Positions 18,470 through 27,973 of a stretch of DNA of 64,000 nt are shown here, piece by piece. Origin of the DNA: Actinomycetes bacterium. GTDB lineage: Bacteria; Actinomycetota; Acidimicrobiia; Acidimicrobiales; Bog-793. Within the stretch, counting starts at the first letter, position 1. Each line of letters begins with the position of its first letter. The notes under the pieces were generated by a model that made no database searches, had not been told where the DNA came from, and saw nothing but the letters and a program-made list of their open reading frames with translations. A program made the position numbers and the translations under genes. Location of the stretch: assembly GCA_021796535.1 (NCBI GenBank), contig JAKABW010000006.1, positions 6,156-70,155 on the forward strand, written 5' to 3'.

Positions 18470-19561
18470 ATGGAGCAAGAGCCGTTAGCGGACCAACAAG
18501 CTACACCGATTTTTAATGCTTACCGCAGAGGATACGATCCCGAACAGGTTGATCGTTATGTCGCCGATCAGCAGCGAAGACTGGACGAAGCCCTCAAAAG
18601 GGCATCTGTGGCAGAGCGACGTCTCGGTGCGGCAGTCGGTCAATTGCGGGAACTGAACAAAAGAGTAGCCACGCTGGAAAGTCAGGAGAGGCCTATTCAG
18701 GCTCCGGCTCTGGATACCTTGGGCGAGCGCATACAGAGAATTTTAACTGAAGCCTGGGAAGGTGCTTATGCCATCAGACAATCTGCCGAACAGGAAGTTC
18801 AGGAGCTGAAAGCCGAGGCCGAAGCTGCGGCTGCGGAAATAGTGGATCTTGCCGAGGAGCGAGTCAAGAGCATGGAGGTTCGCCTCAAAGAAGTCAGAGA
18901 TCGCCAAATGAGCGAATTGGAGCAGGAGAGAGCCAAAGCCGTAGGGCAAATAAGCTATCTGCATGAGCAAAAGAAATTGGCCATGACTGACTTGTTGAAG
19001 TTGCGAGACGTTATCACGTCTACTCTGGCTGAGAATTTACCGCCAAATTTGGTTGCCAAATATAGGCAGATGACCGGCGCATCCGAGCAAAAGACACCTT
19101 CACAGACGGGTCCGGAAGCGTCTTTTGCCCCTGCCGTGCAGGTCCGGACACCCGAGTCAAAGCCGGAAGCGGTGTCGGCCAGCCGGGAATATGTCACTGA
19201 AGCAGTAACCGACTCTTACGAAGATGAGGGTGACAATATCGGCGACGAGAACGCCAAAGAATCTGTCCGGGGTGTGTACGGGTATGCCGACACCGGTGTC
19301 GAACAAAAAGTACAACCGGAATTGGACTTGACGATGCCCGTCGCTGCCTTCAATTCCACCGCAGCCATGTCCCATATCGACCGTCACGACATTTCCGAAT
19401 TGGTAAGACGTCACCGTGAGGCCAATAAAAGGCTCGTGGAAGCTGCAAGCGGCAGAGGAAACATGGATTCCCAGACGGGTGAGGAGGGCGAATCCGTTCC
19501 GGGTGAAGCCCCCGGCCGTCGCGAGCAAAACCAATTCTACGACTTCACTGATGAGAACTGA
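18470..19561 (+). CDS. DivIVA-domain coiled-coil protein
   Basis: N-terminal FNAYRRGYDPEQVDRYV DivIVA motif, a long heptad-rich Glu/Ala/Arg/Lys region and an acidic disordered tail. Confidence 0.75.
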   Translation: MEQEPLADQQATPIFNAYRRGYDPEQVDRYVADQQRRLDEALKRASVAERRLGAAVGQLRELNKRVATLESQERPIQAPALDTLGERIQRILTEAWEGAYAIRQSAEQEVQELKAEAEAAAAEIVDLAEERVKSMEVRLKEVRDRQMSELEQERAKAVGQISYLHEQKKLAMTDLLKLRDVITSTLAENLPPNLVAKYRQMTGASEQKTPSQTGPEASFAPAVQVRTPESKPEAVSASREYVTEAVTDSYEDEGDNIGDENAKESVRGVYGYADTGVEQKVQPELDLTMPVAAFNSTAAMSHIDRHDISELVRRHREANKRLVEAASGRGNMDSQTGEEGESVPGEAPGRREQNQFYDFTDEN

Positions 19562-19654
19562 GCCTCCCGGCTCCCTACGTCATCGCGGTGGCACTGCCGT
19601 AAGGCGGTAAAAGTTTTTAAATTGCTCTCTTCGGAGCAGGAGGAGGTTTCGTCG

Positions 19655-19699
19655 CCGTTATAATATAATACGATACCGTATCGTATTATATTATAACGG
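19655..19699. promoter_or_regulatory. Perfect 22-1-22 inverted repeat; candidate TetR operator
   Basis: ccgttataatataatacgatac-c-gtatcgtattatattataacgg. All 22 arm positions pair. It lies 45 nt upstream of the TetR start codon. Confidence 0.55.
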
Positions 19700-19743
19700 T
19701 TACCCGTCTGGAGCAAATATGACTGCGACGAAATGTACCCAAC

Positions 19744-20394
19744 ATGACGCAAAGTGAAGTTTTTCGGCACTTTGCAACAAAAACCTCTTCCGGTCACAGC
19801 GGGAGACCCAGAAATGAGTTCAGTCATGCGGCGATACTAAACGCTTGTCTGCAGCTTTTGCTGGAGGTCGGGTACGACAATATGAGCATTGAAAAAATCG
19901 CTTCGTTGGCAAAAGTCGGCAAGGCAACAATTTATCGGTATTGGTCAAATAAAGCAGAGATAGTTGCGGAAGCGGTTCTGTACAGTTCGGCAAAGTGCGA
20001 CAATTCCGACACGTCTTATTTGCTGGACGGTAATTTGCGCGAAAATATGATTGCCGCCGTCAACGAATTGTGTAAAGCAATTGTCGATGCCGATGGGGCC
20101 ATGATTTCCGGACTCATCAGGGCGATGCAAGATGATGCCGATCTTGCCCTTTTGATAAAGAAAAATGTTATTGAAGTTAGCATGCAACCCATCACTAAGG
20201 TAATTGAGCATGGCATGCAGAATAAAGACATATCAGAAGCAGTTGATTTCTCATTTATGTACAGTGTAATTTTGTCAGTAATTTTTACCAGGCAAATTAT
20301 TACAAGAGAAAGCCTGGATAAAGAATTCGCAACCTATTTAGTAGATTATGTGGTGCTGCCTCTCGTCGCATACCACACAGAAAAAGTGAAATAA
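19744..20394 (+). CDS. TetR/AcrR family transcriptional regulator
   Basis: HTH block MSIEKIASLAKVGKATIYRYWSNKAEIV. Confidence 0.9.
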   Translation: MTQSEVFRHFATKTSSGHSGRPRNEFSHAAILNACLQLLLEVGYDNMSIEKIASLAKVGKATIYRYWSNKAEIVAEAVLYSSAKCDNSDTSYLLDGNLRENMIAAVNELCKAIVDADGAMISGLIRAMQDDADLALLIKKNVIEVSMQPITKVIEHGMQNKDISEAVDFSFMYSVILSVIFTRQIITRESLDKEFATYLVDYVVLPLVAYHTEKVK

Positions 20395-20421
20395 CCCTAA
20401 CAAACAAACGAGGTTTTTAAT

Positions 20422-21903
20422 ATGACAGACAATAGCGTCGAAATAATCGATGATAACGACTCAAGGCGCTGGCTGATTTTGGCAGTTGTTGCCATAGCGC
20501 AGTTGATGGTGGTATTGGATGCCTCCGTTGTCAATATAGCCTTGCCTACGGCACAGAAGGCTTTGCATATTTCCAACACCGACCGACAATGGGTCGTAAC
20601 TGCCTATTCGCTGACTTTTGGCGGCTTTTTGTTGTTGGGCGGCCGCTTATCCGATTTTATAGGAAGAAAGAGAATCTTTATCATCGGGTTGATAGGTTTT
20701 GCGCTCGCCTCTGCTTTGGGCGGCTCGGCCGTGGACGGAGGAATGTTGTTTGCAGCCAGGGCAATCCAAGGTGTGTTTGCCGCCATGATGACACCGGCGT
20801 CGCTGTCCATCCTGTCTCTTACCTTTACCAAGGAAAAAGAAAGGGCAACCGCTTTTGGTATTTATGGAGCCATTGCCGGAGGAGGAGCGGCCATAGGTCT
20901 TATTCTGGGCGGTGTCTTAACACAATATCTGGGATGGTATTGGTGTCTTTATATCAACACGCCGATAGGAATCATAACTGCTTTGGCGGCATTGCCTCTG
21001 TTGAAAGAGAGTGTGGCACACGGTGACAGAAGGTATGACATACTCGGCGCTTTTTCCGCCACCGCAGGCCTCGCGGCTTTGGTGTATGCATTCACCGAAG
21101 CTGCCCAGGACGGATGGACTGCCAACATCACTTTGGGAATGTTGGCACTGGCCGGTCTTTTGCTTATCGTTTTTGTGGCGACAGAACTTAAGATCAATCA
21201 TCCTCTGTTGCCGATGAGGGTTGTCTTGGACCGCAACCGCGGCGGGTCTTTTTTGGCTTCGTTTTTGGCGGGAATAGGCCTTTTTGCCATGTTTTTGTTT
21301 CTCACCTACTACCTGCAGGAAAGCCTCGGCTATTCCGCTTTGAAGACAGGCGTAGCGTTTTTACCGTTTTCCGTGGGCATTATTTTATCGGCGGGGTTGG
21401 CCAGCAAACTCTTGCCCAGACTCAACCCGCGCATTTTGATGGTTGCAGGGTTCATCATGACGGGTCTCGGCTCTCTTGAATTGGTGAGGGTAGGGATTCA
21501 CTCCAATTTTTTCACTACCGTATTTCCGGCTGAAGCCGTGATGAGCATAGGACTCGGACTGGTCTTTGTGCCGTTGACGGCGACGTCTCTGTTGAATGTG
21601 GCGGAGCATGACGCCGTGGTTGCCAGTGCGCTTTTGAACACTACGCAGCAAGTCGGCGGGGCGCTTGGGGTGGCGCTTTTGAACACTATTTTCACTTCGG
21701 CCGTCGCGGCATTCTTGACAACCAACGGGAAGGGCCACTCGGCTCTTTTGAATGCTCCGATTCACGGATATAGGGTTGCCTTTGTCTGTTCTACGGTGGT
21801 ATTTGTTCTCGGAACATTTGCCGTTGCATTTTTGGTCAACGCCAAAAAGATAGCGCCGGATTCCGAAAAATCCGATGCCCGCGTTCCGGCAGGTATTTTG
21901 TAA
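20422..21903 (+). CDS. MFS transporter, DHA2 (EmrB/QacA, 14-TMS) drug:H+ antiporter type
   Basis: 493 aa. Motif A-like GGRLSDFIGRKR, about 14 hydrophobic segments. It sits immediately downstream of the TetR gene. Confidence 0.9.
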   Translation: MTDNSVEIIDDNDSRRWLILAVVAIAQLMVVLDASVVNIALPTAQKALHISNTDRQWVVTAYSLTFGGFLLLGGRLSDFIGRKRIFIIGLIGFALASALGGSAVDGGMLFAARAIQGVFAAMMTPASLSILSLTFTKEKERATAFGIYGAIAGGGAAIGLILGGVLTQYLGWYWCLYINTPIGIITALAALPLLKESVAHGDRRYDILGAFSATAGLAALVYAFTEAAQDGWTANITLGMLALAGLLLIVFVATELKINHPLLPMRVVLDRNRGGSFLASFLAGIGLFAMFLFLTYYLQESLGYSALKTGVAFLPFSVGIILSAGLASKLLPRLNPRILMVAGFIMTGLGSLELVRVGIHSNFFTTVFPAEAVMSIGLGLVFVPLTATSLLNVAEHDAVVASALLNTTQQVGGALGVALLNTIFTSAVAAFLTTNGKGHSALLNAPIHGYRVAFVCSTVVFVLGTFAVAFLVNAKKIAPDSEKSDARVPAGIL

Positions 21904-21926
21904 AAAAGGGCACAAGGCTCAGAAAA

Positions 21927-21959
21927 AACCGGTTACAGCGTATATTGCTGTAACCGGTT
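21927..21959. terminator. Bidirectional-type hairpin between the MFS gene and tRNA-Lys
   Basis: 13-bp perfect stem aaccggttacagc / gctgtaaccggtt with a 7-nt loop. An A-tract lies on the left and a T/A tract on the right. Read on the minus strand it is followed by ttttttct. Confidence 0.7.
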
Positions 21960-21971
21960 TAAAAAAATCAG

Positions 21972-22044
21972 TGGGCCGCCCGGGTCTCGATCCCGGCACC
22001 TTGGGATTAAAAGTCCCCTACTCTACCCGATGAGCTAGCGGCCC
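21972..22044 (-). tRNA. tRNA-Lys (anticodon TTT)
   Basis: The reverse complement folds as GGGCCGC-TA-GCTC-ATCGGGTA-GAGT-A-GGGGA-CTTTTAA-TCCCA-AGGTG-CCGGG-ATCGAGA-CCCGG-GCGGCCC-A (73 nt). Confidence 0.95.
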
Positions 22045-22358
22045 TTTTCCGACAAGTATAGCAACGGATGACGCTCTGCGGCGGTCTCTTTGCCAACATG
22101 CCGATGCTAAGCATAGCAATCGGACGCAGGCTTATTCGGGAAAATATGAATTCGCTGCAATTTTTTCCTCCTCCTCTTCCTGGCAAAAGATGGAGGCTTC
22201 CGTGTTGTTGGCCGATGCCGTTTTGAGAAAGGGACAACACAATTATTGCATTCTGACTTTGCCGGAAAACCGCCGAGGGACAGAGTTTCGGCTTTCTCGG
22301 CGTCTGCCCGAGTCTCCGAAAGTCGGAGTTTTGACCACTTTTTTGTATCGGAGTACGC

Positions 22359-23186
22359 TCAGGCTACCGCAGCGGCGGGTTTTTCTGAAAGCATATTGAT
22401 AAGCAGAGAGGAAGTTTTTTGTATTCTGGTGCAAGATTTCTTAATTAGTGTCTCTGCATTCTTGCTGTCATTGCTCCAGGAAAGGATATATCCAAAACTG
22501 TAGTTGCTTGAATCAATCCCCAAATAATCGCATGCTATATATGCAACGGATTCTGCTTCCAATTCGCCCAAGGCTCTGTCGGTAAAGTCTTTATGCATAA
22601 CGGCATGAGCCAGTTCGTGGATAAAAGTTTTAATTTGCTGTTTAGATGAATTATTTTTATTTATATTTATACGGTTGTTGCTGTGTGAGCAGTTGCCATT
22701 AATTTCAGGCGGCATTTCTTCTTGAAATACGTCAAACCCCAATGATGATGCAATTGCGGTCAACCTTTTATAAAGAGCGGAATAGTCACCGCCTGCCAAT
22801 TTTTGGTAAGGATTCAGTAAATCTTTCCCTTGTGTCTGAGAAATATCAAATACATTTGCTACTTTAAAGCCGTATAAGTCATATTCGTTTTCTTTTTGTG
22901 AGTTCTCTGATTGTGCCCGTTCTCTCTTGTAAAGGATGGGTGCCAGGATCGCAATTGCCTTCTCTCCCTTCATGACGTTGCGTCCCAACGATTTCCATGT
23001 GCCGTAGCCGGCGACCCGGGTGGCATCCGGTCGCTGTTGCATAATCAAAAGAACATTTGCATACGAATAGTTATGAAAATGTGTTTGTAACTTAAGGTAA
23101 TCTTGCCATTTGTCGGATGAAGCCAATTCGGCAATACCTTGACTGAGTCGGATCAGTATGTCTTGTGACGGACGGATTTTTGTCAT
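22359..23186 (-). CDS. ardC: ArdC-like anti-restriction protein (N-terminal ssDNA-binding DUF1738-type domain plus C-terminal HExxH metallopeptidase domain)
   Basis: The N-terminus YSYANVLLIMQQRPDATRVAGYGTWKSLGRNVMKGEKAIAILAP matches the ArdC N-domain pattern. The C-terminus has FIHELAHAVMH. The gene body is visibly AT-rich compared with its neighbours. Confidence 0.8.
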   Translation of the reverse strand: MTKIRPSQDILIRLSQGIAELASSDKWQDYLKLQTHFHNYSYANVLLIMQQRPDATRVAGYGTWKSLGRNVMKGEKAIAILAPILYKRERAQSENSQKENEYDLYGFKVANVFDISQTQGKDLLNPYQKLAGGDYSALYKRLTAIASSLGFDVFQEEMPPEINGNCSHSNNRININKNNSSKQQIKTFIHELAHAVMHKDFTDRALGELEAESVAYIACDYLGIDSSNYSFGYILSWSNDSKNAETLIKKSCTRIQKTSSLLINMLSEKPAAAVA

Positions 23187-23485
23187 TGCTGCCCCTTTTT
23201 TGTAGCGGAATAAATTGGCTTGACGGTGTCAAGCGGAAGGGGACAAAAGTTCCTATACGCAGTCAGTGACGCTCGCGTTTTATCATAGGACGGAGATGTA
23301 TCAGTGTTTCTTTTCTTGCCATGCCCTGTCTTGAGGCTTATGCCGAGACTTTGGGGAAGTCTTGGATCGGCAGCACATTTTGGCTTGTATGAGAAGCATA
23401 AACCGCACTATGATCTGTGCATACAAGTCAATGTGCTTTTGCGCAAAGACAAGGCCATTTATACTAAAAAGTGAGGAGTCAAGTC

Positions 23486-23953
23486 ATGAGAAGCCAATTG
23501 GGAAGTTTGAAAATCGTCAGTCCCGCTTTTACACACGGAGGCCGCATACCGCAGGAATACAGCGGGGACGGCAAGGGGGTTTCTCCGGAATTGATTTTCG
23601 AAGGAACACCCGAAGCAGCTCAGGAGTTGGTTTTGATATGCCACGATCCGGATGCCCCCATGACATACGGCTTTACTCATTGGGTGCTTTATAATATACC
23701 GGCCGATGTCTCCGGCCTGGCGGAAAATTGCGGAGACCCCCACACGGGGGGAGTCAACGAATTGGGCAACTCCGGTTGGGTGCCGCCTTCCCCGCCCCCG
23801 GGTCACGGCGAGCATTTTTATTACTTCCAATTGTTTGCCTTGGACAAAAAGTTAGACTTGCCGCCGGGCCTAGCCAGGGCAGAGCTTTTGGCAAAAATAG
23901 ACGAGCATATTTTGGAGCAGGCAAGAATAGTCGGAATTTACTCGCGACCCTAG
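23486..23953 (+). CDS. YbhB/YbcL (PEBP, Raf-kinase-inhibitor-like) family protein
   Basis: CHDPDAP, HWVLYNIP and PPPGHGEHFYYFQLFALD motifs. The start is moved to the ATG at 23486, behind RBS GAGGAG. Confidence 0.85.
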   Translation: MRSQLGSLKIVSPAFTHGGRIPQEYSGDGKGVSPELIFEGTPEAAQELVLICHDPDAPMTYGFTHWVLYNIPADVSGLAENCGDPHTGGVNELGNSGWVPPSPPPGHGEHFYYFQLFALDKKLDLPPGLARAELLAKIDEHILEQARIVGIYSRP

Positions 23954-24128
23954 CCGTCGGCGGGGATTCCGGAGAGCGGGGAAGGCCTCAATCGGGCAAT
24001 GTCAATAGCATGGGATAAGGGCCGGGAATGGGTCTTTTCAAACCGGATACGACTGACACCCGCGGTCCCCGTTCGCCGGGTCTCAGGCAAGAGCGCCGCA
24101 TCGAAGCGTTGAAGGCAATTCTGCTGGA

Positions 24129-24650
24129 TCAGGGTGTCGTTTCCAGATCCAGCAAAATCTTTTTGACGTCGCCCCCTCCCGCGTATTCGCCGAGGGTGCC
24201 GTCGCTTCGAACAACCCGATGACAAGGTATCGCTATGGGAAGCGGGTTGGCGGCACAGGCACTGCCGACGGCCCGCGAGGCTCCGGGATTTCCCGCTCTT
24301 ATCGCGACGGAGGAATAGCTGGCGGTTGTGCCATAGGGGATTTCCCTCAGCAGGCCTAGTATGTTGCGTCGGAAACCGCGGGCAAGGCTCAAGTCGAGAG
24401 GGAAGTCAAAGTGCCGACGCCGGCGGTCAAAGTACTGGCTCAGCTCTTCTGCGGCTTGACCGAGACGGGCGGGGGCATGCGACAGGCCGGCGCCCGTCAG
24501 TTCCGTGAGCCGGTCAAGAACCAGGTCATGATGCTCATTTGCGTAGGCAACGCGAACTACCCCGACGACCGTGGCGACGAGCAACAGGGTGCCGACGGGT
24601 GTGTCAAGCGTCCGATAAAACATGTCGGGCGCCCCCGCTGTTTTTGTCAT
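24129..24650 (-). CDS. ogt: Methylated-DNA--protein-cysteine methyltransferase
   Basis: Active site IPCHRVV, preceded by IPYGTTASY and NPLPIAIP. The ORF-track start at 24824 runs through a tRNA gene, so I trimmed the start to the ATG at 24650. Confidence 0.85.
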   Translation of the reverse strand: MTKTAGAPDMFYRTLDTPVGTLLLVATVVGVVRVAYANEHHDLVLDRLTELTGAGLSHAPARLGQAAEELSQYFDRRRRHFDFPLDLSLARGFRRNILGLLREIPYGTTASYSSVAIRAGNPGASRAVGSACAANPLPIAIPCHRVVRSDGTLGEYAGGGDVKKILLDLETTP

Positions 24651-24734
24651 GGCACGCTTATTTTCGCGGGATCGTACATTGCACAATTTTATCACATAAG
24701 CCGTCCGGACGGCAGACTTATTCCGTGACATCTG

Positions 24735-24806
24735 TGCCCCCGACAGGACTTGAACCTGCGCGCCCGGCTCCGGAGGCCGGTGCTCTATCCCCTGAGCTAC
24801 GGGGGC
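24735..24806 (-). tRNA. tRNA-Arg (anticodon CCG)
   Basis: The reverse complement folds as GCCCCCG-TA-GCTC-AGGGGATA-GAGC-A-CCGGC-CTCCGGA-GCCGG-GCGC-GCAGG-TTCAAGT-CCTGT-CGGGGGC-A (72 nt). Confidence 0.95.
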
Positions 24807-24963
24807 GAATTGTGATGACGGCAATCTTGGTGCAGCTAAATTTTGAGAGATCCAACTTCTGCGGTTTTAATAACTGTGTTCCGAGAGAGCTGCTAAGTTT
24901 ATAATCTAACAGATTTTTAACTGCTTGTTTGCTTTTAAGATCGTCCAAAGCGCGGGAAGTGTG

Positions 24964-26634
24964 ATGTTATCTATTGTAGACACGATCATAGACGGTATTT
25001 CCAAAGCTTTAAATACTTTGGATGCCGATGCCGATGCCGACGGCTTAATTCATTTGGAGCGGCCTGCCAGGCCGGAGCACGGTGATTTTTCGTCAAACAT
25101 CTGTTTGGTAATTGCCAAAAGACTTGGGATGACTCCCCGTCTTTTGGCGGAGCGCTTGGCGGCGGCAATTCAAGCCGATCCTTTTGAGGATCTTGTCAAG
25201 GCAGAGGTAGCCGGACCCGGATTCCTTAATTTTTATCTGGACAAATCTTATCTGCATAAGATCCTGAGAGAGGTCCTGCTGGCGGGGGAAGACAATTATG
25301 CCAGGCACACATTCGGAGAGGGGCAAAAAGTCCAACTGGAGTTTGTTTCCGCCAACCCCACCGGACCCCTGCACGTAGGCAACGGCTGGCTCGGGTCATA
25401 CGGCGATGCCCTGGCCAGGTTACTGGAACGGACCGGACACAGTGTTACCCGCGAATATTATGTGAACGATACGGGCAACCAAATCAGAGTGCTGGGGGAA
25501 TCGCTCTTGGCCCGCAAAGAAGGACGTGAGGTTCCGGAAGACGGCTACCGCGGCGAGTACGTGGGCGAAATAGCAGCCGGCTATGACGGGCCAAACGATG
25601 TTGTGTCGGCCGGAAGGTTTGCCGCCTCGGAAATTTTGTCCAATATCAAGTCGACTCTCGAGCGGATAGGCATACACTACGACAGTTGGTACAGTCAGGC
25701 CTCCATTGAGGAAAGCGGCAAAGTTGACGGGATGATTGCTCAGCTGAAAGCCGAAGGTCTTGTTTACGAGCAGGAAGGGGCAACCTGGCTTGCGGCCACC
25801 AAATTGGGTGACAACAGAGACAGGGTGCTCGTCAAAGCCAACGGGGACATAACTTATCTGGCGGGCGATTTGGCATACCACAAGAATAAGTTTTTGGAAC
25901 GCCAATTTGACAAAGTCATCGATATATTCGGAGCCGATCACCACGGTCAGGTCGCCAGTCTGAAGGCTGGCGTAAAGGCGCTCGGCATAGAGCCGGAGCG
26001 CTTGGAAGTATTGTTGGGACAGCTTGTTTCCCTGGCCGGCAAAAAGATGTCAAAACGGGCCGGCACTTATGTAAAGCTCGACGATCTGGTGAACGAACTT
26101 GGCCCGGATGCGACCAGAATCCTTTCTCTTTTGTCTTCCATAGACCAGGCGACCACTTTGGATTTGGATTTGGTCACCAGTCAGTCCGCCGAAAATCCGG
26201 TTTTTTATATCCAGTATGCCTATGCCAGAATCAGTTCTATGCAGGTGCTGGCGCGAGAACGGGGACTTGTCGCAGCCTCGGAGATTTTTGGGGCAAACCG
26301 TTCTTTGACAGACGATGAGACGCTGTCGGCATTGTTGTGCGGAGTGGACTTTACTCTGCTGGCGCATCCCCGCGAGATCCAGCTGATGAAAGCCATGTCC
26401 CTTCTTCCGGAAGTGGTCGAACAGGCAACGACGGAGAGGGCACCGCATAAGGTAACCACCTGGGTGAGAGGCTTAGCCGCCGATTTTCACGGCTTTTATC
26501 ACGACTGCCGCATTCTCGGGGAAAACGTGGACGCCGAACTGGCCAACGCCAGGTACTGTCTTGTGGAGGCCGTGAGGACTTCTTTGCGCATAGGACTCAG
26601 CCTTTTGGGCGTTACGGCGCCGGAGAGAATGTAA
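24964..26634 (+). CDS. argS: Arginine--tRNA ligase
   Basis: Class I signatures ANPTGPLHVGN (HIGH-like) and KMSKRAG (KMSKS), and a DALR-type C-terminus ending in M. The ATG at 24964 is preferred over the TTG at 24925. Confidence 0.95.
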   Translation: MLSIVDTIIDGISKALNTLDADADADGLIHLERPARPEHGDFSSNICLVIAKRLGMTPRLLAERLAAAIQADPFEDLVKAEVAGPGFLNFYLDKSYLHKILREVLLAGEDNYARHTFGEGQKVQLEFVSANPTGPLHVGNGWLGSYGDALARLLERTGHSVTREYYVNDTGNQIRVLGESLLARKEGREVPEDGYRGEYVGEIAAGYDGPNDVVSAGRFAASEILSNIKSTLERIGIHYDSWYSQASIEESGKVDGMIAQLKAEGLVYEQEGATWLAATKLGDNRDRVLVKANGDITYLAGDLAYHKNKFLERQFDKVIDIFGADHHGQVASLKAGVKALGIEPERLEVLLGQLVSLAGKKMSKRAGTYVKLDDLVNELGPDATRILSLLSSIDQATTLDLDLVTSQSAENPVFYIQYAYARISSMQVLARERGLVAASEIFGANRSLTDDETLSALLCGVDFTLLAHPREIQLMKAMSLLPEVVEQATTERAPHKVTTWVRGLAADFHGFYHDCRILGENVDAELANARYCLVEAVRTSLRIGLSLLGVTAPERM

Positions 26635-26647
26635 ATTTTTTGAGAAG

Positions 26648-27973
26648 ATGGACGGACACAATAAGATGCAAACCGAAGATTTTTCCACAGCCGACTTTCT
26701 AACCTCCCCCATATCTCTTAAGCTGCTGCCGTCAACCTCTTTCATAAACGACGGGGGGGAGCTCTTTATAGGGGACGTGGCGGTAACCGATATGGCGGCG
26801 GAATTTGGCACACCCCTGTTTATTTATGACGAAGAGAATTTGCGTCATAACATTTCCGAAGCAAAAGCGGCTTTCCCTGCCGGGGTGGCTTATGCCAGCA
26901 AGGCTTTCCTGTGTAAAGCCATGGCTGAGCTGGTGGCGGAGTACGGGATCAATATGGATGTTTCCAGCCTGGGGGAGATGTACATAGCTCTGGGCTCCGG
27001 AGTGCCGGCGGAAAATATTGTTTTGCACGGCAACAATAAGTCTGTTTTGGAGATGAAATTTGCCGTTGAAAACGGCATCAAGATAGTGATTGACTCCTTT
27101 GACGAAATCAATTTGCTGCATGATGTCACATCCGGTCTCAAGAAAAAGTGCAGAGCTTTGCTGCGGGTCACCCCCGGTGTGGAGGCCCATACGCATGAGT
27201 TCGTCAAGACGGGTCACGAGGATTCCAAGTTCGGCTTCCCCTTGGCTGACTCCGTGGCCCATCGGGCCATCGAACAATTGTTCCGGCTCGGTCATGTGGA
27301 ACTTCTCGGCCTGCACAGCCATATAGGATCCCAAATTTTTGAGTTGTCCCCCTATGTCGAAACCATGGAGATCATGGCTCCCATTTTTAACAGATACAGT
27401 TTTTCGGAGCTGTGCATCGGCGGGGGTTTGGGTGTGCCGTATCTGGGAAACGAATACGCCCCGTCTGTTTCCGAGTGGGCGAAAGCCGCCCTGCAGGCCG
27501 CAGAACAAGCGGGAATCGCAAAAGATGTGGCCATTACGGCAGAACCGGGAAGGTCAATAGTCGCCGCGACGGCCATTACGTGTTATACGGTGGGATCCAT
27601 CAAAGAAATACCCCAGGTAAGGACATACCTGGCCGTTGACGGCGGAATGAGCGACAACCCCAGACCCATACTGTACGGCAGCGGGTACGAGGTTTTTTTG
27701 CCTTCCAGGGCGGATGCTTTTCGTGAAAAAGCGGTCAGGGTAGTGGGAAAGCATTGTGAGTCTGGAGACATTTTGGTTTCGGGCGGCTTCATACCCGTCG
27801 ATACCGAGGTCGGAGAAATTATCGCCACGCCGGTAACGGGGGCTTACGGCTATTCCATGGCTTCTCACTACAACAGATTGCTGAGACCGGCCGTCGTTTT
27901 CGTGCGCGACGGCAATCCCAGACTGGTTTGCAGGAGGGAATCTCTGGAGGATCTGCTCAGATTCGATGTGTGA
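26648..27973 (+). CDS. lysA: Diaminopimelate decarboxylase
   Basis: PLP-dependent fold-III decarboxylase pattern: YASKAF, HSHIGSQ, GGGLGVPY, CESGD. Confidence 0.95.
   Translation: MDGHNKMQTEDFSTADFLTSPISLKLLPSTSFINDGGELFIGDVAVTDMAAEFGTPLFIYDEENLRHNISEAKAAFPAGVAYASKAFLCKAMAELVAEYGINMDVSSLGEMYIALGSGVPAENIVLHGNNKSVLEMKFAVENGIKIVIDSFDEINLLHDVTSGLKKKCRALLRVTPGVEAHTHEFVKTGHEDSKFGFPLADSVAHRAIEQLFRLGHVELLGLHSHIGSQIFELSPYVETMEIMAPIFNRYSFSELCIGGGLGVPYLGNEYAPSVSEWAKAALQAAEQAGIAKDVAITAEPGRSIVAATAITCYTVGSIKEIPQVRTYLAVDGGMSDNPRPILYGSGYEVFLPSRADAFREKAVRVVGKHCESGDILVSGGFIPVDTEVGEIIATPVTGAYGYSMASHYNRLLRPAVVFVRDGNPRLVCRRESLEDLLRFDV

Noticed and set aside
22007-22240. 77-aa minus-strand ORF beside and over tRNA-Lys, plus small ORFs at 22190-22503.
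   Set aside because: These overlap the tRNA gene or lie in the spacer, and have no RBS and no recognisable protein features.
22314-22332. Hairpin ctccga-aag-tcggag followed by TTTT on the plus strand between tRNA-Lys and ardC (possible sRNA terminator).
   Set aside because: The stem is only 6 bp, no upstream plus-strand promoter or gene is apparent, and the orientation is wrong for terminating ardC. It is too weak to call.
24651-24824. N-terminal extension of the Ogt ORF in the six-frame track (start at 24824).
   Set aside because: The extension runs straight through the tRNA-Arg(CCG) gene (24735-24806). An internal ATG at 24650 gives a normal-length Ogt.
25021-25041. (GATGCC)x3 hexanucleotide repeat near the argS 5' end; also (ACG)x4 at about 41928 and the GRPGRPG-coding repeat at about 54141.
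   Set aside because: These are short, in-frame, low-copy repeats inside coding regions. There is no evidence for phase variation.
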